Positions 49,110 to 59,551 of a stretch of DNA of 64,000 bases are shown here, one piece after another. A model generated the notes under the pieces. That model had not been told where the DNA came from and made no database searches. It saw only the letters and a program-made list of their open reading frames with translations. The position numbers and the translations under genes were made by a program. The stretch comes from Acidobacteriota bacterium. GTDB lineage: Bacteria; Acidobacteriota; UBA890; WLXD01. The DNA lies in the NCBI GenBank assembly GCA_963666055.2, contig CAXWPH010000015.1, positions 1,760,001 through 1,824,000 on the forward strand, read 5' to 3'. How positions within the stretch are numbered: position 1 is the stretch's first letter; the number at the start of each line of letters is the position of its first letter.

Positions 49110-49931
49110 TCAGTCGAAGTCTGCGAATCGCGCGTCGCGCCAGGCGATCGCTGCCTTGAGGCCGTCTTTGCGGGCGATGGCCATGAACTCCTCGCGTTCC
49201 GGCACCACCGCGGCCTCGATGAGCACGCCCATGTCGTGGGAGTCGCCGAGCGCCTCGCGCATACCCATGATGTCGTAGGTACGGTTGATCGCCTTCTTGG
49301 TGGTGGTCATCGAGAAGGGATCGATGACCGCTATCTTGCGCGCCATCTGCAGCGCCGCCTCGAGGTGCTCGCCCTCGGGGACCACCTTGTTGATGAGCCC
49401 CATCTCCAGGCAACGCTGCGCCGACACGCGATCGTCGCCGGTCATGTACAGCTCCTTGGCCTGCTTGGGCCCGGTGAGCCAGGGCAGCAGCATCACCACC
49501 ACGCCGGCCCCGAAGCGCAGGTCGGGCTCGCCGAGCTTGAAGGTCTCGTCGGCAACGGTGAGGTCACAGGCAAGCGCGAGCTCGCAGCCGCCGGCGATGG
49601 CGTAGCCGTGCACCGCCGAGATCGTCGGCTTGGGGAAGTTCCAGAAGCGCATGATGGAGTCAAAGTCACGCTGCAGCGGCGGCGCTAAGTCGACAACGTT
49701 GGCGCTCCCCGAAGAATCGGCCTCGTCCTTCAAGTCGAAGCCGGAGCAGAAAGAGCGCCCGGCGCCATGCAGGACGACCACCCGCACGTCGGCGTCCTTC
49801 TCGATCTGGTCGAGCACCGCGTCGAGGTCGTCGAGCAGCTGCGCGTTCATGGCATTGAGCACCTGCGGCCGGTTCAACGTGATGATGCCGATGGCGCCGC
49901 GGCGCTCGTACTCGATGGTCTCGAAGGCCAT
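49110..49931 (-). CDS. Enoyl-CoA hydratase/isomerase family
   Basis: ITLNRP, FCSGFDL, KPTISAVHGYAIAGGCELALACD and GLINKVV. Confidence 0.92.
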   Translation of the reverse strand: MAFETIEYERRGAIGIITLNRPQVLNAMNAQLLDDLDAVLDQIEKDADVRVVVLHGAGRSFCSGFDLKDEADSSGSANVVDLAPPLQRDFDSIMRFWNFPKPTISAVHGYAIAGGCELALACDLTVADETFKLGEPDLRFGAGVVVMLLPWLTGPKQAKELYMTGDDRVSAQRCLEMGLINKVVPEGEHLEAALQMARKIAVIDPFSMTTTKKAINRTYDIMGMREALGDSHDMGVLIEAAVVPEREEFMAIARKDGLKAAIAWRDARFADFD

Positions 49932-50008
49932 TGGCTCGTCCTGTTCATGTATGCGGTCTGCAGGCGCGCGACGCGCGTCAACCGCGGCGAATAATCGGGC
50001 GCGCGGCG

Positions 50009-51527
50009 CTATCCGTGACGGATCCAGGCCGATTTCGTGTCCGTATAGTTCAGCAGGCTCTCAAAGCACTTGTCCTTGGCGTTGCCGGACTGCTTCATGC
50101 CGCCGAACGGCTGCGTCATGTCGCCCTCGTCGAAGCAGTTGACCCAGATGACCCCGGCCTCGATGTCGCGGATGAGCCGATGCGCGGTGTTCAGGTCGCG
50201 CGTCCAGATGCCAGCTGCCAGCCCGTAGACGGTGTCGTTGGCCACCGCCAACGCCTCCTCGACGCCGTCGACCGGGATCACCCCGGTCACCGGCCCGAAG
50301 ATCTCCTCGCGGGCGATCTTCATGTCGTTGTTGACGCCGGTGAACAGGGTCGGGTTGACGAACGCACCGGCAGCCAAGTCGCCGTCCGGCACATCGCCGC
50401 CGAACTCCACCTTGGCGCCCTCGTCCTTGCCGGCCTCGATGTAGCCGAGCACGCGCTGCTGCGCTTCCGCCGTCACCAGCGGGCCCATGTTGGTATCGGG
50501 ATCGAGTGGGTCGCCGGGCTTGTAGGCGTCGCGGCCGGCGGCAACGAACTGCTCGACGAACTCATCGTGGATGGAACGGTCCACCAGCAGCCGCGAGCCG
50601 GCGTTACACACTTCACCCATGTTGGCGAAAACGCCGTTGAACGCTGCCGACACCGCTTGCTCCATGTCAGGCAGGTCACCCATGAAGATCTGTGGGTGTC
50701 TTGCCGCCGCATTCCAGGGAGACGCGCTTCATGTTCGACTGCCCGGCGTACGTCAGGATCAGCTTGCCGACCTCGGTCGACCCGGTGAAGGTGATCTTGG
50801 CGACGTCGCCATGTAGCGCCAGCGCCTTGCCGGCAACTTCGCCCATACCGTTGACGACGTTGAACACCCCCGGCGGGCCACCAGCCTCGACGAACAGCTC
50901 GGCGAGCCGGATGCAGCTCAGCGGTGACTGCTCGGCCGGCTTGAGCACCACCGAGTTGCCGGCCGCCAGTGCCGGCGCCACCTTCCAGGTAGCCATCAAC
51001 AGCGGGTAGTTCCACGGCGAGATCGCGCCCACCACGCCAAGCGGCTGGCGCAACGTGTAGTGCAGCACATCGAACTCGGTGGCAGTCACCGTGCTCTCGA
51101 TCTTGTCGATGCACTCGCCGAAGTACTGGAACGTCTCGACGCAGGCCGGCAGGTCGACGGAGATCACATCGGCGATGGGCTTGCCCATGTCGAGCGTCTC
51201 GAGCACCGCGAGCTCCTCGGAGTGCTCGTCGATAAGCGCGGCGAGGTTGTAGAGCACCTGCATGCGCTGGCGCGGTGCCATGCGCGCCCAGGAGCCGGAG
51301 CGGTAGGCGCGCAGCGCCGAGGCTACGGCAGCATCGATATCCTCTTCGGTACCCGCGGCGACCTCGGCGAACACCTCGCCGGTGGTCGGGTTGATGCTCT
51401 CGAAGCGGCCTCCGCGGATGGCGTCGACGTGCTCGCCGTCGATGAACAGCCGCACCTCGGGGGTCACAGCGTCGGCAACAGTGCGCCACTGGGCGCGATC
51501 GTACGTCTCGAGTGTGCTCAGGGACAC
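50009..51527 (-). pseudogene. PuuC/PauC-like aldehyde dehydrogenase split by a 1-nt frameshift (or a sequencing error)
   Basis: ETLDMGKPI, PWNYP, FTGSTEVG and LECGGK in one frame. GEVCNAGSR, EEIFGP and PFGGMKQSG in another. An extra base at GGG 50694-50696 separates them. Confidence 0.82.
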
Positions 51528-51559
51528 GACACCTCTCCTTCGTTGCTGGCAGTTCGCCG

Positions 51560-52771
51560 CTAGAAAGTCCGTATGGATGGGGGTGGGGTACGCGATTCCG
51601 GCAGCGCCAGCTCGTCGGCCCAACGCGGATCGAAAACGCCGCGACGGTACGTATGGGCGACCATCGCCAGGTGATGATAGAGCGCTTGCTCGTCGTCCGA
51701 CAGCGGGCCGGCGCGGTAGGCGCCGGTGTCCATGCCGCGCTGCGCGCCCTCACACACCGCCCAGTCCTGCTGGTTGGTCAGGTGCCAGAAATCGCACGCG
51801 TAGGCAGGATCGAAACCCTCCCGCGCCACAACCTCGGGAGCGAACAGCCAGCGGCACTCGACGCGTGTGCGGTCAGTGGCCAACGGCTCGAAGGTGTGGG
51901 TCAGGACGTAGTCGGGGTGAGCGCTGATAAGCAAGTTCGGGAACAACTCGAGATAGAGGACCTGTCGCAGCTGCGCACCGCTGAGACCCGGCAGCGGCTC
52001 GGCGCCGCTCGCCCCGGTCAACGAAAGCGTCTCGGCACTGGGCACAATGTCCATCGAGCCGCCAACCCAGGCGCCGTCCGGCTGCCACAGGTAGCCGCTG
52101 TCGGCCGGGCTGACCCGGCACAGCTCTGGATGAATCAGCGGGCAGTGGTAGCACTCATGGTAGTTCTCGATGATCAGCTTCCAGTTGGCGTTCACCACGT
52201 ATTCGTGGCGCGCGCCCTCGACGAGCTCGTCGGCGCCGTACGCCGCCATAGTCGTGCTGAGGCGCTCGCCCGTGTAGGTGACAAGGTCCACCGCCGATCC
52301 CGAGATGTTCACGAACAGCCAGCCACCCCACTCACCGACCGACACCGGCACCAGGCTGAAATCGGCGGGGTCGAAGCTCGCATCCTCGCAATGCCGGGCG
52401 CTGGCGACCGTCCCGTCGAGGTCGTAGCTCCAGCCGTGATAGGGACACCTCACCCGGCCGCCGGTGCGCGCCTCGCCGCAGGCGATGAGCTCGTGGCCAC
52501 GGTGGCTGCAGACGTTGAAGAAGCCCCGGATCGACCCGCCCTCGGCGCGCGTCAGCAGCAATTGCCTGTCGGCGACCGAAAGGCCGAGCTGCGAACCGAC
52601 CTGGTGCAGGTCCTGGACGCGGCCGACGCACACCCAGGTGTCGGCGTAGATGTGCTCCAGCTCCCACGCATAGACCTCGGGCGAGGTATACGCCTCACCG
52701 GGAAGCATGCGGCTGTCCCCGAATGGCTCGAGTACCGCCTGCAGCGCCGACGCCGGAATCGGTGCGGACAT
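51560..52771 (-). CDS. Rieske non-heme iron oxygenase alpha subunit (GbcA/Stc2/choline monooxygenase-like)
   Basis: CSHRG..CPYHGW Rieske site, NWKLIIENYHECYHC..IHP iron site and QDWAVCE. Confidence 0.9.
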   Translation of the reverse strand: MSAPIPASALQAVLEPFGDSRMLPGEAYTSPEVYAWELEHIYADTWVCVGRVQDLHQVGSQLGLSVADRQLLLTRAEGGSIRGFFNVCSHRGHELIACGEARTGGRVRCPYHGWSYDLDGTVASARHCEDASFDPADFSLVPVSVGEWGGWLFVNISGSAVDLVTYTGERLSTTMAAYGADELVEGARHEYVVNANWKLIIENYHECYHCPLIHPELCRVSPADSGYLWQPDGAWVGGSMDIVPSAETLSLTGASGAEPLPGLSGAQLRQVLYLELFPNLLISAHPDYVLTHTFEPLATDRTRVECRWLFAPEVVAREGFDPAYACDFWHLTNQQDWAVCEGAQRGMDTGAYRAGPLSDDEQALYHHLAMVAHTYRRGVFDPRWADELALPESRTPPPSIRTF

Positions 52772-52799
52772 CACCTGTGTCTCCTCTCACCAGCTCTTC

Positions 52800-52815
52800 T
52801 TGAACCGCTGTTCAA
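52800..52815. promoter_or_regulatory. Candidate TetR/BetI operator 1
   Basis: Palindrome TTGAAC-CGCT-GTTCAA, abutting a minus-strand TTGACG-N18-TACACT promoter at 52845-52816. Confidence 0.75.
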
Positions 52816-52908
52816 AGTGTAGCGACCCCTTTCTCGGGCCGTCAAGATCGACCCGCCGCACAAGTGCGCCGGCTATGTAGACTTGGTCGATCGGCTACCG
52901 CTATCATG

Positions 52909-52924
52909 GTGAACCGCTGTTCAA
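52909..52924. promoter_or_regulatory. Candidate TetR/BetI operator 2
   Basis: GTGAACCGCTGTTCAA; the 17-mer TGAACCGCTGTTCAAAG is identical to site 1. Just 3' of TAGACT-N18-TATCAT at 52878-52907. Confidence 0.75.
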
Positions 52925-52948
52925 AGAATACTCACGGAGTAGGCTGTG

Positions 52949-54328
52949 ATGTCCGAGACCACAGAAGCAATTGCCCGTAGCAAAGCACCCCTCGTCGAGC
53001 TCACCGAGAAGCAGGAGCGCATCTTCGTTGAGCGTCAGCCGAGGTCGGGGGAGCTGTCGGCGCGGGCGCTTCGATCGCTGGCCGGCGGAACCACTTCGAG
53101 TTGGCAGATGGCGCGACCACAAACCGTGTGGGTCAGCCACGGAAGCGGCTCGAAAGTCTACGACGTCGATGGCAACGAGTACGTCGACCTTCACGGCGGC
53201 TACGGCGTCGGCCTCGTCGGCCACGGGCACCCGGCGCTGGTGCGCGCCTTGAGCGAGCGGGCTCCGCTCGGCACGCACTTTGCTCAGCCGACCGAGGACG
53301 CGATTCTCGTCGCCGAGGAGCTGGCACGACGATTCGATCAACCGCTTTGGCGCTTTACCAACTCGGGGACCGAATCGACGCTCGACGCATTCCACCTGAT
53401 GCGCTGCGCCACGGGTCGGGACATCGTTCTCAAGGTGGAGGGCTGCTACCACGGCCACCATGATTCGGCGATGGTCTCGGTGGCCAACGAGGCCGACGAG
53501 ATCGGGCCGGTGGAGCGACCGCACAGCCCCCAAGCCGGCAGCGGCTTGCCTGCCGCGACTACCGATCTGACCTGGATCGTTCACTACAACGATCTGGAGA
53601 TCGTGGAGCGCCTGCTGGTAGAGAACCCCGGTCGAGTCGCCGGGATGATCCTCGAGCCGATCATGATGAACGCCGGTATCATTGGCCCACAGGATGGCTA
53701 CCTGGCGGGTTTGAAGGACCTACTCCATCGTCACGGTGCGCTGCTGACCTTCGACGAGGTCAAGACAGGCCTCACCGTCGGCCCCGGGGGAGCCACCCGG
53801 CGGCTCGGCGTAACCCCGGATCTGGTCACCCTTGCCAAGGCGATCGGTGGGGGGGTGCCGTGTGGCGCGGTCGGTGGCAGCGAAGCGGTCATGGGTCTGA
53901 TCGTCGAGCGGGAGTACGAGCAGATCGGCACGTTCAACGGCAACCCATTGACCATGGCGGCGTGCCGAGCGGTGCTCACCGAGATCCTCGACGACGACGC
54001 CCACGCGCATGTCGAGTCGCTCCGAGAGCACATGCAACGCGGCGTCGAGGCGATCATCGAGGAGTACGGGATGGACGCCCACGTGATGGCTTTCGGAGCC
54101 AAGGGCTGTGTGACGTTCTCGTCGACGCGACTCGACAACTACCGCGGCTTCCTCGAGATCGACGGCGATCTCAGCCACCTTCACTGCTTAGTGCAGCACA
54201 ACGGCGGTGTGTTCCTGCCGCCGTGGGGCAAGGCCGAGCAGTGGACACTGTCGATACAGCACACGCCGGGAGACGCGCAGCGGTTCGTCGATAATTTCAG
54301 GACGTTCGCGCAGGCGCTCTCGGGGTGA
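52949..54328 (+). CDS. Class III PLP aminotransferase (GSA-mutase-like subfamily)
   Basis: DVDGNEYVD, FTNSGTE, EGCYHG, FDEVKTG, LAKAIGGG and GTFNGNP. Confidence 0.9.
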   Translation: MSETTEAIARSKAPLVELTEKQERIFVERQPRSGELSARALRSLAGGTTSSWQMARPQTVWVSHGSGSKVYDVDGNEYVDLHGGYGVGLVGHGHPALVRALSERAPLGTHFAQPTEDAILVAEELARRFDQPLWRFTNSGTESTLDAFHLMRCATGRDIVLKVEGCYHGHHDSAMVSVANEADEIGPVERPHSPQAGSGLPAATTDLTWIVHYNDLEIVERLLVENPGRVAGMILEPIMMNAGIIGPQDGYLAGLKDLLHRHGALLTFDEVKTGLTVGPGGATRRLGVTPDLVTLAKAIGGGVPCGAVGGSEAVMGLIVEREYEQIGTFNGNPLTMAACRAVLTEILDDDAHAHVESLREHMQRGVEAIIEEYGMDAHVMAFGAKGCVTFSSTRLDNYRGFLEIDGDLSHLHCLVQHNGGVFLPPWGKAEQWTLSIQHTPGDAQRFVDNFRTFAQALSG

Positions 54329-54418
54329 GGCTCGGGGGCTGCGGAGGTCATCGCCGGGAGGCGGCGCGCCACGCCGAGAGGGTGCTTACCAACGTGACGC
54401 GCCCCCCGGCGTAGCCCG

Positions 54419-55510
54419 GTGCAGACCGATGAGCACGGCGGCCACCTGCAGCTCAGCGGGCTAGCCAAGGAGTACGGCGACTTCACCGCTGTGCGCGATG
54501 TCGACCTCGAGGTCGCGCCGGGGGAGTTCTTCTCGCTTCTCGGACCGTCGGGGTGCGGTAAGACCACCATGCTGCGTATGGTGGCGGGCTTCGAACGGCC
54601 GACGCGCGGCAAGATCTACCTGGACGGCGAAGACCTGTCGGAGACCCCCCCACACAGGCGCACCGTCAACACGGTTTTCCAGAGCTATGCGCTCTTCCCG
54701 CACCTCACGGTGGGCGACAACGTCGCTTTCGGGTTGCGCTTTCGGGATATCTCGAGGGCGGAGGAGGGCGCCAAGGTCCGAGCGACCCTCGAGTTGGTGC
54801 AGATGGAGGGCATGGCCGACCGCAAGCCGGCACGCCTGTCCGGCGGACAGCAACAACGAGTTGCTCTCGCCCGCGCCTTGGTGCTGGACCCTGCGATACT
54901 GCTGCTCGACGAGCCGCTCGGCGCCCTCGACGCTCAGCTCAAGAAGTTGTTGCAGGTCGAGCTGAAGCGAATCCAGGAGCGCGTCGGGATCACCTTCGTC
55001 TACGTGACCCACGACCAGGAGGAGGCGATGGCTTTGTCCGACCGGATGTGCGTCATGCACGAGGGCACGATCCGGCAGGTGGGTCCGCCGCGACAGGTGT
55101 ACGAAGAGCCGGCCAGCACCTTCGTCGCCGACTTTCTGGGCGTATCCAACGTCATCGCCGCCAAGGCTCTCGGACGCCATGCGAACGGCGGTTGCCGGGT
55201 GGCGATCGGCGACCGCGAGCTGGTTGCCGAGGCCGGCGACATCGACGCTACCGGAGAGGTGAAGGTCATGCTACGGCCAGAGCACCTGCGTGTCGGAGAG
55301 CCTGAGGAGTCGGGGTTGAATCGGCTACACGGGATCATCGAGCGTCTCGTCTATTTGGGGCCGACGACGCAGATGTTCATTCAGCTCGACGGCGGCCAGA
55401 CGGTGCAAGCGTTGATCTCGAACCGTGGCGACGCCATCGAGTACCCGCGGGGCAGCCGCGTCTCGGTAGGCCTACCGTCGTCGGCGCTGCGCGTTCTGAC
55501 CACCGGCTGA
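54419..55510 (+). CDS. potA: Polyamine ABC transporter ATPase (PotA-like)
   Basis: GPSGCGKT, NTVFQSYALFPH, LSGGQQQR, LLLDEP, FVYVTHDQEEA and a TOBE C-terminus. Confidence 0.88.
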   Translation: MQTDEHGGHLQLSGLAKEYGDFTAVRDVDLEVAPGEFFSLLGPSGCGKTTMLRMVAGFERPTRGKIYLDGEDLSETPPHRRTVNTVFQSYALFPHLTVGDNVAFGLRFRDISRAEEGAKVRATLELVQMEGMADRKPARLSGGQQQRVALARALVLDPAILLLDEPLGALDAQLKKLLQVELKRIQERVGITFVYVTHDQEEAMALSDRMCVMHEGTIRQVGPPRQVYEEPASTFVADFLGVSNVIAAKALGRHANGGCRVAIGDRELVAEAGDIDATGEVKVMLRPEHLRVGEPEESGLNRLHGIIERLVYLGPTTQMFIQLDGGQTVQALISNRGDAIEYPRGSRVSVGLPSSALRVLTTG

Positions 55511-55561
55511 CGGTCTCCTGTCGGAGCGTCGGCGCCCCCCGGGCCGGTTCGCGCCGGCAGG

Positions 55562-56443
55562 CTAACTGAGTCGCGCGAACTCCTCGACCGCCGACCCGCC
55601 GGCGCCCGAGCGCGCCCGAGCGCGGCGCATGATCAGCGCCGCTGCCAGCACCGCGAGCAGCGTCAAGAACAGCAGGATGCTGGCCAGCGCGTTGAGCGCC
55701 GGCGTCGGCGCCAATCGCGCCGCGCTGTAGAGACGCACCGGGATGGTAGCCGACTCCGCCCCACCCGAGAGAAAAGCGCTGATCACAAAATCGTCGATCG
55801 ACACCGCGAAGGCGATCATCAGGCTGGCGAAGATCGCCGCCGCCATGAGCGGCAACAGAACCATGCGCACTGCTTGCGCCGGGGTCGCGCCGAGGTCCAT
55901 CGCCGCCTCTTCATAGTCGCGGCCGATCGCGAAGAGGCGGCCGCGTACCACGATGACGACGTACGAGATGGTGAACGTGACGTGGCCGATGAGCTGCGCC
56001 CACGTGCCGAGCTCGATGAACGGGAACAAGTAGATGAATACCATGAGCAGCGACACGCCCATGACCAGCTCAGGGGTCGCCATCGGCAGCAGCAACAGGA
56101 AGTTGGCGGGCTTCGAGCCGCGACCTCTCCACCGTGCCAGGCCGAGCGCCAGCGCCACTCCGAGGGGCGTGGCAACCAGCATCGTCAGCCCGGCGAGCTT
56201 GAGGCTTTGCTTCAACGCTGCTATCAGCGACCCATCGTTCCAGACAGACAGGTTCGGATCGGTGAAGTACCAGCGCAGCGAAAACCCCTGCCAGACGCTG
56301 CGCGACCGGCCCTCATTGAAACCGAATTGCACCGCAATGAGCACTGGCAGCAGTGACCATGCAATGTAACCCCAGACAAACAGCTGTAACAATCGCGGTT
56401 GGCCCCACGGGTCACGCCACCGGCGAATGAACCGGTTGATCAT
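55562..56443 (-). CDS. potC: Polyamine ABC transporter permease (PotC-like)
   Basis: GFSLRWY, EEAAMDLGA and SIDDFVIS. Confidence 0.85.
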   Translation of the reverse strand: MINRFIRRWRDPWGQPRLLQLFVWGYIAWSLLPVLIAVQFGFNEGRSRSVWQGFSLRWYFTDPNLSVWNDGSLIAALKQSLKLAGLTMLVATPLGVALALGLARWRGRGSKPANFLLLLPMATPELVMGVSLLMVFIYLFPFIELGTWAQLIGHVTFTISYVVIVVRGRLFAIGRDYEEAAMDLGATPAQAVRMVLLPLMAAAIFASLMIAFAVSIDDFVISAFLSGGAESATIPVRLYSAARLAPTPALNALASILLFLTLLAVLAAALIMRRARARSGAGGSAVEEFARLS

Positions 56444-57351
56444 TGTTGGCTCTCTCGCGCCGCACCCATGACGGTAAACAGATAATAGGCCATCAACATC
56501 GCAATAAGCGCCATCAAGACCACCGTCAGTGCGGCTCCGGTCGCACCGCCGACGCCACTGTTGATGAACAGATCGATCTCATTGCCGATCATTCGCGTGC
56601 GCGGCGACCCTGAAAGAAGATTCGGCGTGTAGTAATCGCCGAACAGCGGCAGCATGATGATCACCACGCCGGCCAGAACTCCCTGTTTGGACAGCGGCAA
56701 CGTTACGTGCAGGAAGGTACGCACTGGACCCGCGCCTAGATCGCGTGCCGCTTCAAGCACGCTGCTGTCGATCTGATCGAGAGCGGCGTACAGCGGCAGT
56801 ATCAGGAACGGTACATAGCCGTATACGAGCCCCAGAATCACCGTCTCGTGGTGGCCCACCAGCCAGGCGCGCGGGGCATCGAGCACGTTGACGAACACCA
56901 GGAACCGGTGCACGTAGCCGTCGACTGCCAACAGGTTCTGCCAGGCCATCATCCGCATCAGGTAGTTGATCCAGAAGGGAGCGACGATCAGACCGAGTAG
57001 CAATCCTCGCCAGCGACCGGCGTGGCGAGCGAGGTAGTAGGCGACCGGATAGCCGATCAGCAGACAGAGCATGGACGCGGTGCCGACGTAGACGAAGGTG
57101 CGAATGAAGATCGCCGTCAGGCGGCCGCCGAACAGCTCGCCCAGTACCTCGGGGAAGATCGCCGGGTTCCAGCGGATCGGATTCCACACCGGCTCGGCGC
57201 TACTGAAGACCGGGTCGAGGCGTCCCATCGCCACCGATAGCAACGCGTAGAACGGGGTAACGAAGAAGAGCAGCAACCATGCGATCCCGGGAGCGGCGAG
57301 CGCTCGCCACAACCACGTTCGATTGCGCGAGAGGTCAGCGCCGCTAGCCAC
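56440..57351 (-). CDS. potB: Polyamine ABC transporter permease (PotB-like)
   Basis: GYPVAY, PFWINYLMR, LPLYAAL, EAARDLGA and MIGNEI. Confidence 0.85.
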   Translation of the reverse strand: MASGADLSRNRTWLWRALAAPGIAWLLLFFVTPFYALLSVAMGRLDPVFSSAEPVWNPIRWNPAIFPEVLGELFGGRLTAIFIRTFVYVGTASMLCLLIGYPVAYYLARHAGRWRGLLLGLIVAPFWINYLMRMMAWQNLLAVDGYVHRFLVFVNVLDAPRAWLVGHHETVILGLVYGYVPFLILPLYAALDQIDSSVLEAARDLGAGPVRTFLHVTLPLSKQGVLAGVVIIMLPLFGDYYTPNLLSGSPRTRMIGNEIDLFINSGVGGATGAALTVVLMALIAMLMAYYLFTVMGAARESQQ

Positions 57352-58645
57352 CTGACTGAACCGACGCCCAGACCTTCATCCATTCGATCTCGACTTCGGG
57401 TGGCAACTGAAGCGGCAGCTGGCCAATCGAAAAATCGTCTTCGGTGGTGATCGTACTAGCGAGGTTCGGCGGTATGTGCCCCTCGGAGACGAACGTCTCC
57501 GGATTGACCGTCCTGAGCGGCGGTGGGTTACCGATCCAGCCGAAATTGCTCAGGGCGTTCGCGGTCTCGAGCATGAAGTTGATGAAGTGATGCGCCAACA
57601 CGGGATGCTCGGCGTTGCGAGGGATCGCGAAGGTTTCCACCGCGACCATACCGCCGGCGCTCGACTGCTCGGACCGTGGAGGCCAGAAGTAGCGCATCAC
57701 GGACGGGTCCTCATCACGCGGAAAGTAGGCTCGCGACTGAACGACGTCGCCCGACCAGGCATGATGCAGGGCGAACCCACGCTCCGGGATCTTGGCGTAG
57801 ACACCATCGATTGTGAAGCGCACGTTGATCAGATCGATGAGCTCGAGCAGCTTACGGCGAGCCTTCTCGAGCCGCGCCGGATCCGCGGTGTTGATGTCGT
57901 TGGTTCCGGTGGCGTACAGGCCGACCCCGATGGTCTCCTTGAAGTCGTCGTACATGCCAGCGATCCCGTGGTATTGAGGATCCCAGAAGACGTGCCACGG
58001 ATTGGTCATCGCCTCGAGGTCGGGGGACACCATGTCTTCCCGCCATGCGATACCCGTTTGGTACACCGTGTACGGAGCCGTGTACCGCGCCCCCTGATCG
58101 TAGAAGGGGCTTACGAGGCTCGGCCACACGTTGGCGAGGTTGGGCAGGTAGGCGTGGTTGAGCGGCTGCAATAGCTGACCAGCAATGCACTTGGGTATCT
58201 GCTCGAGGGGCGGGAAATAAACGTCGAAGCGGCCCGCCTTGGTGCGCAGCTTCCGGATTGCCTCCTCGTTGTTGTAAAAGGTCGTGTACTCCCAGTCGAC
58301 GCCGTAGCGCTCCGAGAACGCGTTCAAGACCGGGATGTGGACGTACTCGGCCCAGTTGAAGATCTGCAGCGGTCCTGACTCGATATCCAGGCCGCTATCG
58401 ATCGGCGGGTTGTCATCGAATAGCGGATGCTGAACGGGGTTTTCCGGCGTCCCGACCAGGACGCGCCGCCGGTCGTCCGTGGCAAAGCTGGCACCGGCTC
58501 CGCAGCCGGCGAGGCTGGCGCTGAGCCCAGCGCCACCGACGATGCGCAGCAGCTCACGGCGGTTGAGAGCGCCGCGGCGCCAGGCAGGGTCGCGAGGGTG
58601 GAAGACCATCGAGGGAGCCTCGCCGACGGCGCCCATCGAACGCAA
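57344..58645 (-). CDS. potD: Polyamine-binding protein (PotD/PotF-like) with a Tat/lipoprotein signal
   Basis: LNRRELL, LAGC, IFNWAEY, AWSGD and AHHFINFM. Start uncertain. Confidence 0.82.
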   Translation of the reverse strand: MRSMGAVGEAPSMVFHPRDPAWRRGALNRRELLRIVGGAGLSASLAGCGAGASFATDDRRRVLVGTPENPVQHPLFDDNPPIDSGLDIESGPLQIFNWAEYVHIPVLNAFSERYGVDWEYTTFYNNEEAIRKLRTKAGRFDVYFPPLEQIPKCIAGQLLQPLNHAYLPNLANVWPSLVSPFYDQGARYTAPYTVYQTGIAWREDMVSPDLEAMTNPWHVFWDPQYHGIAGMYDDFKETIGVGLYATGTNDINTADPARLEKARRKLLELIDLINVRFTIDGVYAKIPERGFALHHAWSGDVVQSRAYFPRDEDPSVMRYFWPPRSEQSSAGGMVAVETFAIPRNAEHPVLAHHFINFMLETANALSNFGWIGNPPPLRTVNPETFVSEGHIPPNLASTITTEDDFSIGQLPLQLPPEVEIEWMKVWASVQSGG

Positions 58646-58705
58646 GTGCGCAGGGCGATTATCGTACGCTCCAACGACCCGCCGCTCCTCGAGGTCGCAA
58701 CGGTT

Positions 58706-59341
58706 TCAAACCTTCGCGGTCACCAAGGCCGGCACCCCGAAACCAAGGGACTCCGACGCCATGCAGACACAGATCCGGCGGGCGCGCTCGTAGTCGGCCT
58801 CGGGATCCCCCAGCACATGTTGCACGGCGATGCCATCGAGGAGGCAGGCTAGGTGCATGGCGAAATCCTCGACGTCGACAGCATCGAACTCGCCAGCCGA
58901 CTGGCCCTCACGGACGATATCGGCAATCGTGGCGCGCCAGCGACGATCGCCCGCGGCTCGCTTCTTTGCGGCAGCGTCGTCGCGGAGTGCCCGCGACCAC
59001 AGCTCGATCCAGAGGGCGAAGTCGTCGCGCAGCACTGGTGCCATGGCTTCGTGACCGCAGCTGAGCTCGATGAGCCGCACGAGCTTCTCGCTGGCGCTCT
59101 TCAACGTGGTCAGCTCGGCAAAGATCGCCAGATAGAAGCGGTCCTCGGCATAGGCCAGCGCCTCGGTGAGCAATCGGTCCTTGGACTCGAAGTAGTAGAG
59201 CACCAGCGCGGCACTCGTTCCCGTGCGGTCGGCAACGTCGGCAATTCGCGCCTTGCAAACGCCGCGTTCGACAATTGTCTCCACCGCGGCCTCGAGGATC
59301 TCCTGGCGCCTTTTGCGGCTGATCTTGGGTCGTGGAGCCAT
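58706..59341 (-). CDS. TetR family regulator with a BetI-type C-terminal domain
   Basis: RRQEILEAA..IADVA..LVLYYFESKDRLL HTH, WIELWSRA and LLDGIAVQ. Confidence 0.9.
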   Translation of the reverse strand: MAPRPKISRKRRQEILEAAVETIVERGVCKARIADVADRTGTSAALVLYYFESKDRLLTEALAYAEDRFYLAIFAELTTLKSASEKLVRLIELSCGHEAMAPVLRDDFALWIELWSRALRDDAAAKKRAAGDRRWRATIADIVREGQSAGEFDAVDVEDFAMHLACLLDGIAVQHVLGDPEADYERARRICVCMASESLGFGVPALVTAKV

Positions 59342-59357
59342 ACCTACGCGGGAGTTA

Positions 59358-59373
59358 CTGAACCGGTATTCAA
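59358..59373. promoter_or_regulatory. Candidate operator 3 (autoregulatory)
   Basis: CTGAACCGGTATTCAA, 16 bp upstream of the tetR start. Confidence 0.65.
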
Positions 59374-59456
59374 GATGTTGATGAATTAACGATGCCGTGA
59401 TTCTAGACCATGCGCGCCTTTCCTTCCCGGGTTCTGCGAGATATCGTCTGCGGCGG

Positions 59457-59472
59457 CTGAATGGTCAGTCAG
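59457..59472. promoter_or_regulatory. Candidate operator 4
   Basis: CTGAATGGTCAGTCAG, with the same TGA-N8-TCA spacing, upstream of the CoA-ligase gene. Confidence 0.45.
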
Positions 59473-59551
59473 TTTTTGGGACTCCAACACCCGCCGGCAG
59501 AAACCGAGGCGAGCGCTTCGATCACGCGTCGGCTTCACGGCGGCTCGAGTG

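Noticed and set aside
50676-50705. Programmed ribosomal frameshift in the ALDH
   Set aside because: No slippery heptamer. A single indel is the simpler explanation.
52949-54328. Calling the aminotransferase hemL
   Set aside because: It has a GSA-like fold but no heme gene context, and sits with polyamine transport genes.
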